From a bacterium (GTDB lineage: Bacteria; Patescibacteriota; Microgenomatia; Levybacterales; UBA12049), in assembly GCA_041691355.1 (NCBI GenBank), contig JBEPUU010000002.1:1-34024 (forward strand): a stretch of 34,024 bases of DNA, in the 5' to 3' direction. Under the pieces are notes generated by a model. It ran no database searches and had not been told where the DNA came from. It saw only the letters and a program-made list of their open reading frames with translations. A program made the translations under genes and the position numbers. Of the stretch, positions 1-8,527 are shown one piece after another (positions within the stretch are counted from its first letter, which is position 1; the number at the start of each line of letters is the position of its first letter).

Positions 1-588
1 GTGTGTCCCCCATTTACGCTTCTCTCGGAAATGAAGGCAATTATTGATGTGAATAATTTGCCTATACGACTTGGTATGCAAAATATCTCACCCTTTGGTG
101 AAGGAGCATATACTGGCGAAATTTTTGCACGAGAAGCGAAAGATTTTGTAACACACGTCATTGTTGGTCATTCGGAACGAAGGAAATTCTTTCATGAAAC
201 AGATGAAGATGTTCTCTCAAAAGTAAAGCAACTTTTGGAAAATAATTTGACACCAATTTTGTGTATCAGCGACATGAAGCAGTTGGAATATTTCTTACAA
301 GAAGACGAGGTACTCGTTACTAATGCAGAAAAAATAATTTTTGTTTTTGAGCCTCCAAGTGCTATTAGTGGAGGTGGCGCATTTCATGCAGAAGATCCTG
401 AAGTGATTAATACAAATACATCAGAGGTTGGAAAAATGATAGGAAAAGCAGTAATTACCTTGTATGGAGGAAGTGTAAATCCGGATAATTCAGCAACGCT
501 ATTTGGATTAGAACATGTATCAGGCGGATTACTTGGACAGGCGAGTCTTGATGCTGAGAAATTTGTTCACATTATTAAGTCTGCGTAA
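1..588 (+). CDS. tpiA: triosephosphate isomerase, 5'-truncated by window edge
   Basis: ORF is open from base 1. TIM signatures are present: GAYTGE, VGHSERR, catalytic-Glu segment FEPP, LYGGSV, GQASL. About 195 aa of an expected ~250 aa. Confidence 0.85.
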   Translation: MCPPFTLLSEMKAIIDVNNLPIRLGMQNISPFGEGAYTGEIFAREAKDFVTHVIVGHSERRKFFHETDEDVLSKVKQLLENNLTPILCISDMKQLEYFLQEDEVLVTNAEKIIFVFEPPSAISGGGAFHAEDPEVINTNTSEVGKMIGKAVITLYGGSVNPDNSATLFGLEHVSGGLLGQASLDAEKFVHIIKSA

Positions 589-620
589 AGAAAAGTTGTT
601 TAGTATGTGTTGCCAACGCA

Positions 621-1823
621 ATGGATAATCTATATCGCACCAGAATGCGCTCGCGAAGACAAAAGCCTCCTCGCAAACGAGTATTTTTTGCTCTACTAGT
701 CGCACTTATTCTCATTTGTGGAGTGCTCCTGTGGAAAAGTAGTGCTCTCCTCTCTCTTATGTGGAATACTGGCGTGGATCAACTCACTCATTTAAATGCA
801 CCCCCTGAAAAACCAATTAATCTCTTGCTTCTTGGTATTGGTGGAGGAACACATGATGGTCCTGATTTGACTGATACGATTATTTTTATGCATGTGGACC
901 CCGTTCATAAAAAAGTAAGCCTGGTTTCTCTTCCGCGAGACCTTTGGATTCCTGATTTGGGTGCTAAAGTTAATGCTTCATATACATTTGCATCGGAAAA
1001 AACTCATGGAAGTGGACTGAGTTACACTGAGGCTGCGATCGGCAAAATTCTCGGTCAGCATATCGACTATGGGGTAAAGATTGATTTTGGTGGTTTTGTG
1101 AAAGCTGTAAATATTCTCGGTGGACTAGATATCAAAGTTGCAAATACATTTGATGATTATCAGTATCCGATTGAGGGAAGTGAAGACGCAACGTGTGGAT
1201 TATCAGAGGATCAAATTGCAAGTGAGTCTGCGTCTATAGCCTCAGGAAGTGCTTCAGAGACTGATGCTTTCCCATGCCGATACAAACACATACACTTTGA
1301 TAAAGGATCCGCTCATATGGATGGTGATACAGCGCTTGAGTATGTCCGCTCTCGTCATGCGCTTGGTCCAGAGGGTTCAGATTTTGCGCGTTCCAAACGC
1401 CAAGAAAATATCATTAGTGCATTTAAAGCCAAACTTTTCTCGGTCGGCACTCTCCTAAATCCTGTGAAGATGATCGATTTGGTAAATACATTACAAGGAA
1501 GTCTTGAAACAGATATCCAGCAAAGCAAATATAGTGATTTTATTCATATTGCGCAAGATATGAAGGGAGCAAAGATCTCAAGTACGGTTATTGATACAGG
1601 GGACACAGAAAGAGGTAGATATGGCTTACTCATTAATCCGCCTATCAGTACTGATTATGGCGGCCAATGGGTACTTGTACCAAGCGTAGGTCCTACGGAT
1701 TATTCTGAAATAAAAGAATATGTTATGTGTGAGATTCAAGGTGGAAATTGTATCGTTGGTCAATACGGTATCATAACGCCAACTTCAATGCCCACTCCCA
1801 AATCGACAGGACCAGAGAAATAA
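621..1823 (+). CDS. LytR-CpsA-Psr (LCP) family cell-wall glycopolymer ligase, membrane anchored
   Basis: Basic N-terminus plus TM (FFALLVALILICGVLLW). LCP core motifs: LLLLGIGGG, DTIIFMHVDP, VSLVSLPRDLW, IDYGVKIDFGGF. Confidence 0.85.
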   Translation: MDNLYRTRMRSRRQKPPRKRVFFALLVALILICGVLLWKSSALLSLMWNTGVDQLTHLNAPPEKPINLLLLGIGGGTHDGPDLTDTIIFMHVDPVHKKVSLVSLPRDLWIPDLGAKVNASYTFASEKTHGSGLSYTEAAIGKILGQHIDYGVKIDFGGFVKAVNILGGLDIKVANTFDDYQYPIEGSEDATCGLSEDQIASESASIASGSASETDAFPCRYKHIHFDKGSAHMDGDTALEYVRSRHALGPEGSDFARSKRQENIISAFKAKLFSVGTLLNPVKMIDLVNTLQGSLETDIQQSKYSDFIHIAQDMKGAKISSTVIDTGDTERGRYGLLINPPISTDYGGQWVLVPSVGPTDYSEIKEYVMCEIQGGNCIVGQYGIITPTSMPTPKSTGPEK

Positions 1824-1893
1824 CAAAATTAATTTCCACTATTAGAAAATACATTTCTCAAAACGGCCATTTTTTATTTCAATACCATAACAA

Positions 1894-1933
1894 GCCTAGT
1901 CTTTATATATAAGGTAGCGCATAAAGACTAGGC
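1894..1933. terminator. bidirectional stem-loop between convergent genes
   Basis: Perfect 12-bp inverted repeat gcctagtcttta / taaagactaggc with a 16-nt loop. It lies between the stops at 1823 (+) and 1959 (-). Flanking T/A runs are short. Confidence 0.5.
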
Positions 1934-1958
1934 CTTTAAGTTAGTCCTAGGGGTTTGC

Positions 1959-2792
1959 TTACGGATTAAGCAGTACTCCTGTCATACCAAGCGCATTGGC
2001 GACCAAAGCCGTCCAAGGCTCATAGCCAACACCTAGGTTCCTGAGACATTCACCGGTCGGCATGTAGCCGGTACCGTTATTGTGTGCCCAGGTATAGAAC
2101 TGTCCCAGATCGTAGTTACTTAAGCTACTTACTGGTATCTTAGCACTAAACTCTGTCTTGTGTACGCTACCGCTCACTACCTGCTTCGTGTACCAAACTT
2201 TACCACTTGAATCAGTAAAAGTCGGTCCAGAACCAGCATTAGCTAGACCCAAAGTCGAGTAGGCACCATGAGTCCCACTGGCTACAGCATCAGTGAAAAT
2301 CGCGATATTCACATTAAATGTCGGATTAGTGTCTGTAGTGCAGTCCGAACTGAACTGATTGTCGATGAGCTGGTCATACTTGTGACCTGAGGTGTTATCA
2401 ACACCAGACCACGTACCAGTAAACTTCGGGTCAATTGTTCCGTAGACACCAGGCAACGTCTGGCTTTGATTAGTGGTGCTCGTACAAAAGCCGCCTTCGC
2501 AACCAATATTCGTGTCGGGATAGGCGACAGGATTGGAGTTAGCAGTATTGATTGTTTGTGACGCAATGGTAAAATCTACCCCATTGGTTCCAATCTTGAG
2601 ACAAGCGTTACCACCATTCCAGTTATCTGCATTGTTAAGCACCTGGACACTTCCCGATTCTGTACCGAGCTGCCAGGTAGTTTGTCCTGTTGGACATGTA
2701 ACTGCATATACTGGGGTTGCACCTTTTGTTACAACTACTAGTGCAACTACCAAAAGTATTAAGCTTAATAAACTTGTTATTATTTTTTTCAT
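1959..2792 (-). CDS. secreted protein, GH12-like (concanavalin-type beta-jelly-roll) fold, possibly non-catalytic
   Basis: Start is placed at MKKIITSLLSLILLVVALVVV (signal peptide), which is preceded by GGAGG (gaaaggaggtgaaaagaaaATG). By-eye match to GH12 motifs: NNADNWNGG (~NNLWG), KYDQLID (~YDIWLD), GVGYEPW (~GTEPF). Confidence 0.6.
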   Translation of the reverse strand: MKKIITSLLSLILLVVALVVVTKGATPVYAVTCPTGQTTWQLGTESGSVQVLNNADNWNGGNACLKIGTNGVDFTIASQTINTANSNPVAYPDTNIGCEGGFCTSTTNQSQTLPGVYGTIDPKFTGTWSGVDNTSGHKYDQLIDNQFSSDCTTDTNPTFNVNIAIFTDAVASGTHGAYSTLGLANAGSGPTFTDSSGKVWYTKQVVSGSVHKTEFSAKIPVSSLSNYDLGQFYTWAHNNGTGYMPTGECLRNLGVGYEPWTALVANALGMTGVLLNP

Positions 2793-2823
2793 TTTCTTTT
2801 CACCTCCTTTCTTAAGCAAGTTG

Positions 2824-2852
2824 AGTATAAAAATTCTCGGTAAGGATGTCAA
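2824..2852 (-). promoter_or_regulatory. sigma70-type promoter for the GH12-like gene
   Basis: On the minus strand: TTGACA (2847-2852), 17-nt spacer, TATACT (2824-2829). About 30 nt upstream of the ATG at 2792. It lies inside the over-extended ORF-track start. Confidence 0.6.
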
Positions 2853-2952
2853 TGCTTCAAAGTATTAAATAGTAAATCAATTAATTTTGTTACATTTTCT
2901 TTTTTTCACTCTGGAGTTACTTTGTTTTAAAGGTACTATTGAGGGTATGAGA

Positions 2953-5226
2953 TCAGCTATTTATTTTATAAATCCTCGTATTGCCGTGTTGAAAGACTTT
3001 ATGGCCGAGTTGTTTGAATTTCTGTTCATCTAAATTCGGATATTTTTGATATTCGAGAGTCCCAACGTATACATACTGGACGTGATATTCATTGAATAAT
3101 TGCTTTGCTGTCTGCAGATTGATTGTATTGTAGATTGTTTGAACATCGGCAATTCGTGGAGCTGGGACGTCATATGAACCTCTCCACAACCATTCATGAA
3201 CTGTCCAGCCAAGTACCGTTGGAAGGCCTGTGTTGGTTGAAATTCTTGCATAATCGGTATACGAGTCACCTTGCGCTTCAAGAATTATAGGTTGACCTTT
3301 GATGTTTTGGTTTATCCAATTTATTGCGACATAATCGTCGGGATATAATGTTTTTAGATAACTAATACCATTGAGTCCCTGATAATTTTTAAAATTACCA
3401 TAGTATGAAGTAATTGCAAGATACGGATACGTCATAACAAGGCCAACAAGAACAGCAGATGCAAGGAAGAAAAAGAACAGAAGCTTTCGTTGCGCGAGTC
3501 GAAGATCAGGTATGAGGGTTGCCATTCTGACAATGACGTATCCACTGCAAATAGAAAGCATGATAAATGCTTGGAAAACGAGTTTGAACATTGTGTTGGC
3601 TCGGTAATATGTTGGATAAATATCTTTCAAATAGAAAAATTCAGGAATAATAATAAGAAATGTTGAAAGGATAATCATGAGGGCAACAAAAACATCAGTC
3701 ACTGTATGTCTTTTGGAGCGGGTGAGAAATATCCCAAAAGAGATCGCAAAAAAATAAAAGAAACCATATAGCATCAATAGTTCCCACCAATATGACCTTT
3801 GACAATGATCAGGCTCAAAAAGGAACGGTCCGATTTTGCCAATTTTTGTTAAGAAATCTGGTGGACACACAACTCCGATTCCATGACTATAAGCAGCGCT
3901 ATTAAAAAAGAGATTGTATGGAGTTGCAAAGAGAAGTAATCCTGCTGTTATGACAAGCATCGAGATAGAAAAATCACGTCCCCATGCAAGATGCCAGGCT
4001 TTTATTTTAAACAAACGACTTTTTGATTTTTTGTTATTTGCAATAACCAAGGGGGCTTCTTCTTCTCCATTAGCATTTTTATAGAGTGGTATTTTTCGTC
4101 CATGAATATACATCATGGTTAATGCAGTAAGGAGCCAGTAAATTGCACCGTCCCAAGCATTGGTCATATACATTGCAGCAAGAAGCAAACCGACAAATAT
4201 AAGATGAAACGGATGCACAATAAATGTTTTACTTTTATCACTATTTGTTTCTTTGTCCAGATCGGCTTGTAAAAGTAGTAAGGAGAAAAGAAATGCAATT
4301 ATAAGAAGAACAAACGGAATATCAAGTACATGACCATGAAGATCTGCAACTGTCCAAGAATAAACCGGAAACTCGTGGATTGTATGGTAAATAAAACGTG
4401 TCGCATTTGGATACCAGTAGGCATTTGGAAAAGAAAGTGGCTTGAATGGTAGTTGCCAAAATGGCACTGGAGTTTCTGCATTATATGATGTGAAGAATGA
4501 GTAAAAAATATGGAGATTGCCTGCAAAGGTAACAAGGCATGTAGTGAGAAGTCCTGAAGCGATTATTTTTATTTTCGTTATTTTCACATTTTGGGCGATA
4601 TTAAAATATATATTTGCACCAATTGAAAATGCCAATGTAAAGCAACTAGCGACAATTGTTGAGAGCATGAGATTAAACGTGATATATGAAGGAAGTCCTG
4701 AGAGTTTGGTGAGCATTGCTGTGACCAAATGGCCAAAATAATAATAATTGATTGAGTATGGGGTGAACCACATGTCTTTGGGTGGGAAATATTGTGTGCG
4801 GAGAAGCGAGTTAACATACCCAAAATCCATGTATTTCTCAAGTCCATGGATGTCAGGAGCAAACGAATGAACATATGCCCATACCATAAGCACGATCAAG
4901 AAAATGAGCTCTTCTATTGCAAATGTAAGCCATTGTTGTGTGAAAATATACCACAATTTCCATTTTTGTGGGTAAAAAGCACCTGATGCGAATGCTACAA
5001 CGATCGCAACAGTGAGGATCGTGGGAAAGGTAAATGGAGCAATACGAACTGTTCCGACAACAAATACACAATACCCGACAATCAGTAATCCAATAATTTT
5101 TGAAAAAGGATATCCCTTATCAAAAAAGAGCCGGAAGAGTCGGAATGTTATAGGTGTCACAATAATGCCCATGAAAAAGAGCACTACCCACCATTGTAAA
5201 ACAGCAGAAATATCAGATGGATTCAT
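2953..5226 (-). CDS. DUF2298 / 'chlor_Arch_YYY' polytopic membrane protein (putative GT-C-like glycosyltransferase)
   Basis: 757 aa with many TM helices. Signature SINYYYFGH is present (YYY codons tattattat at 4738-4746 on the minus strand). C-terminal soluble domain. Confidence 0.85.
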   Translation of the reverse strand: MNPSDISAVLQWWVVLFFMGIIVTPITFRLFRLFFDKGYPFSKIIGLLIVGYCVFVVGTVRIAPFTFPTILTVAIVVAFASGAFYPQKWKLWYIFTQQWLTFAIEELIFLIVLMVWAYVHSFAPDIHGLEKYMDFGYVNSLLRTQYFPPKDMWFTPYSINYYYFGHLVTAMLTKLSGLPSYITFNLMLSTIVASCFTLAFSIGANIYFNIAQNVKITKIKIIASGLLTTCLVTFAGNLHIFYSFFTSYNAETPVPFWQLPFKPLSFPNAYWYPNATRFIYHTIHEFPVYSWTVADLHGHVLDIPFVLLIIAFLFSLLLLQADLDKETNSDKSKTFIVHPFHLIFVGLLLAAMYMTNAWDGAIYWLLTALTMMYIHGRKIPLYKNANGEEEAPLVIANNKKSKSRLFKIKAWHLAWGRDFSISMLVITAGLLLFATPYNLFFNSAAYSHGIGVVCPPDFLTKIGKIGPFLFEPDHCQRSYWWELLMLYGFFYFFAISFGIFLTRSKRHTVTDVFVALMIILSTFLIIIPEFFYLKDIYPTYYRANTMFKLVFQAFIMLSICSGYVIVRMATLIPDLRLAQRKLLFFFFLASAVLVGLVMTYPYLAITSYYGNFKNYQGLNGISYLKTLYPDDYVAINWINQNIKGQPIILEAQGDSYTDYARISTNTGLPTVLGWTVHEWLWRGSYDVPAPRIADVQTIYNTINLQTAKQLFNEYHVQYVYVGTLEYQKYPNLDEQKFKQLGHKVFQHGNTRIYKINS

Positions 5227-5298
5227 AGTTATATTAATGTAAAGGGGTAAGGATAAAGGGTTAAGTCCTGTTTTTTCTTTTCCCTTGACGCTTTATTC

Positions 5299-5844
5299 TT
5301 ACCCTTGAAAAATCTCTCCTAATTTAGTAATTGCTTTGATATTGGTTCCGATAGTTGTTTCTTTTGTATGTGGATCGAACCAAAAAAATTTTGTTTGAGG
5401 ATTGTCTTTTGCAACATGTCTGACAAGTGAAAGGTCATCATCCACAAAGATATCCAAGTTGAGTTGTTGGAGGATTTCGTTTTTGAATTCATGTGGTTGT
5501 TTGTTGTCATAATTAAAGTAGAGTTTATCAAAAATTTGGTCTAATGCATATCGTTTGACAAGTTTTCTCGTCTCGGGTTCCAGAAAATTAAAACGACTTG
5601 AGATCAAATACAACTGATGATTTTTGTCTTTGGATAATTCTCTGAGAAAAGCGAGATTGTTTTTCATGGGTTGGCGGAGAAACGGCGCATGGCCTGCTTT
5701 GCGTAGAAATTGTTCGGGTCTTGATGGAATGCGATAGAGCAAAATGCCGTTATCACGTTTTTTGTATATTTTATTAATGACAGCAGCTGGAATTAAGGGC
5801 GGTGTGTTAATAAAAACTTTATCAAGATCAAATCCTATCTTCAT
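5299..5844 (-). CDS. HAD-superfamily hydrolase (nucleotidase/phosphatase-like)
   Basis: Motif I FDLDKV (DxDxV), motif II LISSR, motif IV FVDDD. 181 aa. Confidence 0.7.
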   Translation of the reverse strand: MKIGFDLDKVFINTPPLIPAAVINKIYKKRDNGILLYRIPSRPEQFLRKAGHAPFLRQPMKNNLAFLRELSKDKNHQLYLISSRFNFLEPETRKLVKRYALDQIFDKLYFNYDNKQPHEFKNEILQQLNLDIFVDDDLSLVRHVAKDNPQTKFFWFDPHTKETTIGTNIKAITKLGEIFQG

Positions 5845-5882
5845 AAATGTATTATACTATTCTAGCACGGATTTATTACTGA

Positions 5883-7016
5883 ATGAAACTACTGATAAGC
5901 CTTACATATTATTCACCCCACATCAGCGGATTGACCCTGTCAATGAGATATCTTGCCGAATTATTGGCTGCAAATGGATATGAGGTTGTAGTAGTGGCAG
6001 CTCAGCATGAGAAGCGGTTGCCTTTGCATGAAAAAATGAACGGCGTTGCTGTTACTCGTGTGCCGTATCTTTTCCGTCTCAGTAAAGGATTTATGATGCC
6101 GGCATTTGTCGCTAGTGCTTATGAAGCAGTAAGACATGTGGATGTTGTTATGATCACCTTACCTCAAGCTGAAGGTTTTCTTGTTGTGCTTTTGGCAAAA
6201 CTTTTACATAAGAAAGTTGTTTGTTTGTATATTTGTGAAGTGACAATATCTTCAAATAGGATAACACAAACGCACGTCATTGTTTCTCTTTTGCGGTTTG
6301 TAAATCGTATGACTATCTTTTTTGCTGACAAAATCGTTACATTAACTGATGATTTTGCAAAGCACAATGAGATACTGAAAAAAAGAAAAGTGCATGGCGT
6401 TTATCCTGTTATGATTTCTCCACAGATTGATAATGATCAGAGAGATATTTTACTGCATAAATTTTCAGACAAAAAATATTATATTGGTTATCTTGGAAGA
6501 ATTTCTCAGGAAAAAGGAATCTCTTACTTATTGGAGGCAATTCCTCTCTTACAGAAAGAGTTTAATGATGAGTTTGTCATTGTTCTTGCCGGTCCGAAGA
6601 AAACGGTTGGCGAGGAGGAGTATCAAAAGAAAATCTCAAGTTTGTTAGAGAGATATCCTGAGCTTGTTGTTCACTTGGGCGAGCTGTCTGATAGACAACT
6701 AGGTGCTTTCTATTCGCTGCTAGACGTCTTTGTTCTTCCGAGCACCAATAACACGGAAGCGTTTGGCATGGTGCAGGTTGAAGCGATGTATTGTGGAACA
6801 CCTGTGGTCACAACTGATCTTCCTGGAGTTCGTGTTCCTGTTCAAAAAACCGGAATGGGAGAACTTGTTCCGGCGCAAAATGTTGAATCTTTGGCAGAAG
6901 GGATTTGTAAGGTTTTAAAAAATAGAAAGCACTATGTGAAGTCAAAAGAAACTATTGCAGAGATTTTTTCAGCCGAGAAGATTCTAAAAAAATATCAGGA
7001 GTTGCTTACTCCTTAG
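5883..7016 (+). CDS. GT4-family (GT-B fold) glycosyltransferase
   Basis: C-terminal EX7E motif EAFGMVQVE followed by AMYCGTPVVTTDLPG. Rossmann-like N-domain. 377 aa. Confidence 0.9.
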   Translation: MKLLISLTYYSPHISGLTLSMRYLAELLAANGYEVVVVAAQHEKRLPLHEKMNGVAVTRVPYLFRLSKGFMMPAFVASAYEAVRHVDVVMITLPQAEGFLVVLLAKLLHKKVVCLYICEVTISSNRITQTHVIVSLLRFVNRMTIFFADKIVTLTDDFAKHNEILKKRKVHGVYPVMISPQIDNDQRDILLHKFSDKKYYIGYLGRISQEKGISYLLEAIPLLQKEFNDEFVIVLAGPKKTVGEEEYQKKISSLLERYPELVVHLGELSDRQLGAFYSLLDVFVLPSTNNTEAFGMVQVEAMYCGTPVVTTDLPGVRVPVQKTGMGELVPAQNVESLAEGICKVLKNRKHYVKSKETIAEIFSAEKILKKYQELLTP

Positions 7017-7018
7017 GC

Positions 7019-8527
7019 TTATTTTACCTCAAGTACACGTGCAACAGTAAATGATTTTTTTTGTAGTAGATATGAGTGAATAGAGCTTCCGCATGAATTA
7101 ATCCTTGAACTGTCGATTGTATCTGTGGGATTTAGGATAAACACTTTTGCTCCGTACGTAGTATGTATAGTTTTGCAAAGAGAAATTGCGGAAGTGGATG
7201 TTTGGAAAAAGTTGATAGTATGTGGAATTATTACACTGTCAATAATTGCTCTCTGTTCAGGTTGACCCCACTCTCCCCAACCGGATCCAATGACGAAAAA
7301 AGTTGCTGACTGCGGATATGCATCAATAGTTTGTGCAATAATTCTAGCAAAGGGCGTGTTATGGTCAGGTAGATAGTATGGGTAGACAATAAAATATTTA
7401 TAAATGTTTGCTATTGCAATAACAATCAAAATATAGACGATACATATATACATATATGCTCTTCTAATATGTTTATCTTTGATCGTTTTTGTTAGTACAT
7501 GTTGCCATGTGGTTGTAAGACCATAGGCAGTGGTTATATAAACAAAAGGAATAATGCCTATCATGCGTCCTATATTGGGTTGTGCCAGTGGGTTATGAAT
7601 ATCGAGGAGAGAGGGGATTTGAATAAAGATAACTGGCAAGATAATACATTCTATATATCTCCATTTTTTTTCTTTTATTGATGTATAGATAAGTAAGAAA
7701 AATCCGATAAAAAAGAATAAAGCAGAAGCAGTATCAAGATGTGGTGACGCGGGAACATTGAGGCGAAATCCGTTATCTCCATGTGTGGTAAATGAAAAGA
7801 AATTTGAGGATATATTACTCTCAATATTTTTGATTATTTGGGAAAAAGGTAAGTTGTCTGTAACTGCAAGTTTTTCACCAAAGTATGAGTGATTGGTGAA
7901 AAATCCCACGCTTCCGTTTAGGAATACTATGACCAGAGGGATTGTTATAAGAAGTCCGAGAGAGAGAATGTTAAAGCGTTTCCAAAAGACCAATGGCATT
8001 GCCCAAAAACTTGCCTGTGAATACATTCCAAGTCCTAATAATGTTCCACTGAGGATAGGTTTTTTCTTTATCGCAAAAAGCATTGTTGATGCAACAAAGA
8101 GTGGCACAAGCATTCTTGCATGAGGTTGTCTTGCAAACGTGATACTCCAAAAAGAGACAGCACTTAAAAAAGTTGCACTGTAGGTGATTTCCTTCTTTTT
8201 AAAAAGCTCATCTGTGAGAAAGTACATAACAAAAATAAAAAGAAGATAGACAAGAACAGAAGTGAATTTGAGAGTATAAAAAGAGATTCCTACAAACCAA
8301 CTAACAAGAACAACAATGTATGTATATATCGGCCCATCTCCTCCGAAACGGTAGTTGAAGAAAAGATTGCCATGGAGGACTTGTTGTGCAAGTGCGTAAT
8401 GTGCTACAGCATCTCCCCACATTTCGGCCGGGAGATAATTGAGTTGAAAAAGTCCCAAAAATGCGCCTATACAAAGAATTCCTATGAGTATCCAATATCT
8501 ATACAGTAGATTCAGAATTGGTTTCAT
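7019..8527 (-). CDS. GT-C fold membrane glycosyltransferase (ArnT/PMT_2-like)
   Basis: 502 aa polytopic protein. First-loop acidic segment PAEMWGDAVAHYALAQ and the helix pattern are typical of PMT_2 proteins. Its ATG overlaps the upstream stop by 4 nt (8524-8527). Confidence 0.72.
   Translation of the reverse strand: MKPILNLLYRYWILIGILCIGAFLGLFQLNYLPAEMWGDAVAHYALAQQVLHGNLFFNYRFGGDGPIYTYIVVLVSWFVGISFYTLKFTSVLVYLLFIFVMYFLTDELFKKKEITYSATFLSAVSFWSITFARQPHARMLVPLFVASTMLFAIKKKPILSGTLLGLGMYSQASFWAMPLVFWKRFNILSLGLLITIPLVIVFLNGSVGFFTNHSYFGEKLAVTDNLPFSQIIKNIESNISSNFFSFTTHGDNGFRLNVPASPHLDTASALFFFIGFFLLIYTSIKEKKWRYIECIILPVIFIQIPSLLDIHNPLAQPNIGRMIGIIPFVYITTAYGLTTTWQHVLTKTIKDKHIRRAYMYICIVYILIVIAIANIYKYFIVYPYYLPDHNTPFARIIAQTIDAYPQSATFFVIGSGWGEWGQPEQRAIIDSVIIPHTINFFQTSTSAISLCKTIHTTYGAKVFILNPTDTIDSSRINSCGSSIHSYLLQKKSFTVARVLEVK

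Noticed and set aside
2793-2852. Longer N-terminal extensions offered by the ORF track. Examples: 1959-2852, 15516-16193, 16790-, 19316-, 20501-, 30508-, 22334-24097.
   Set aside because: In each case an internal ATG gives the canonical protein N-terminus or signal peptide. The internal start also removes an overlap with the upstream gene or promoter. For example, the TTGACA-17-TATACT promoter lies inside 2824-2852, and ATG 30589 follows the rplP stop.
2309-2868. ORFs 2309-2566 (-) and 2533-2868 (+) overlapping the GH12-like gene
   Set aside because: They are alternative-frame and antisense ORFs inside a CDS that has its own promoter, Shine-Dalgarno and signal peptide. No independent signals.
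5845-5882. TATACT at 5853-5858 as the GT4 promoter in the 38-nt divergent gap
   Set aside because: There is no acceptable -35 or extended -10 element (aaatcc at the -35 position). The region is AT-rich, so a chance match is likely.
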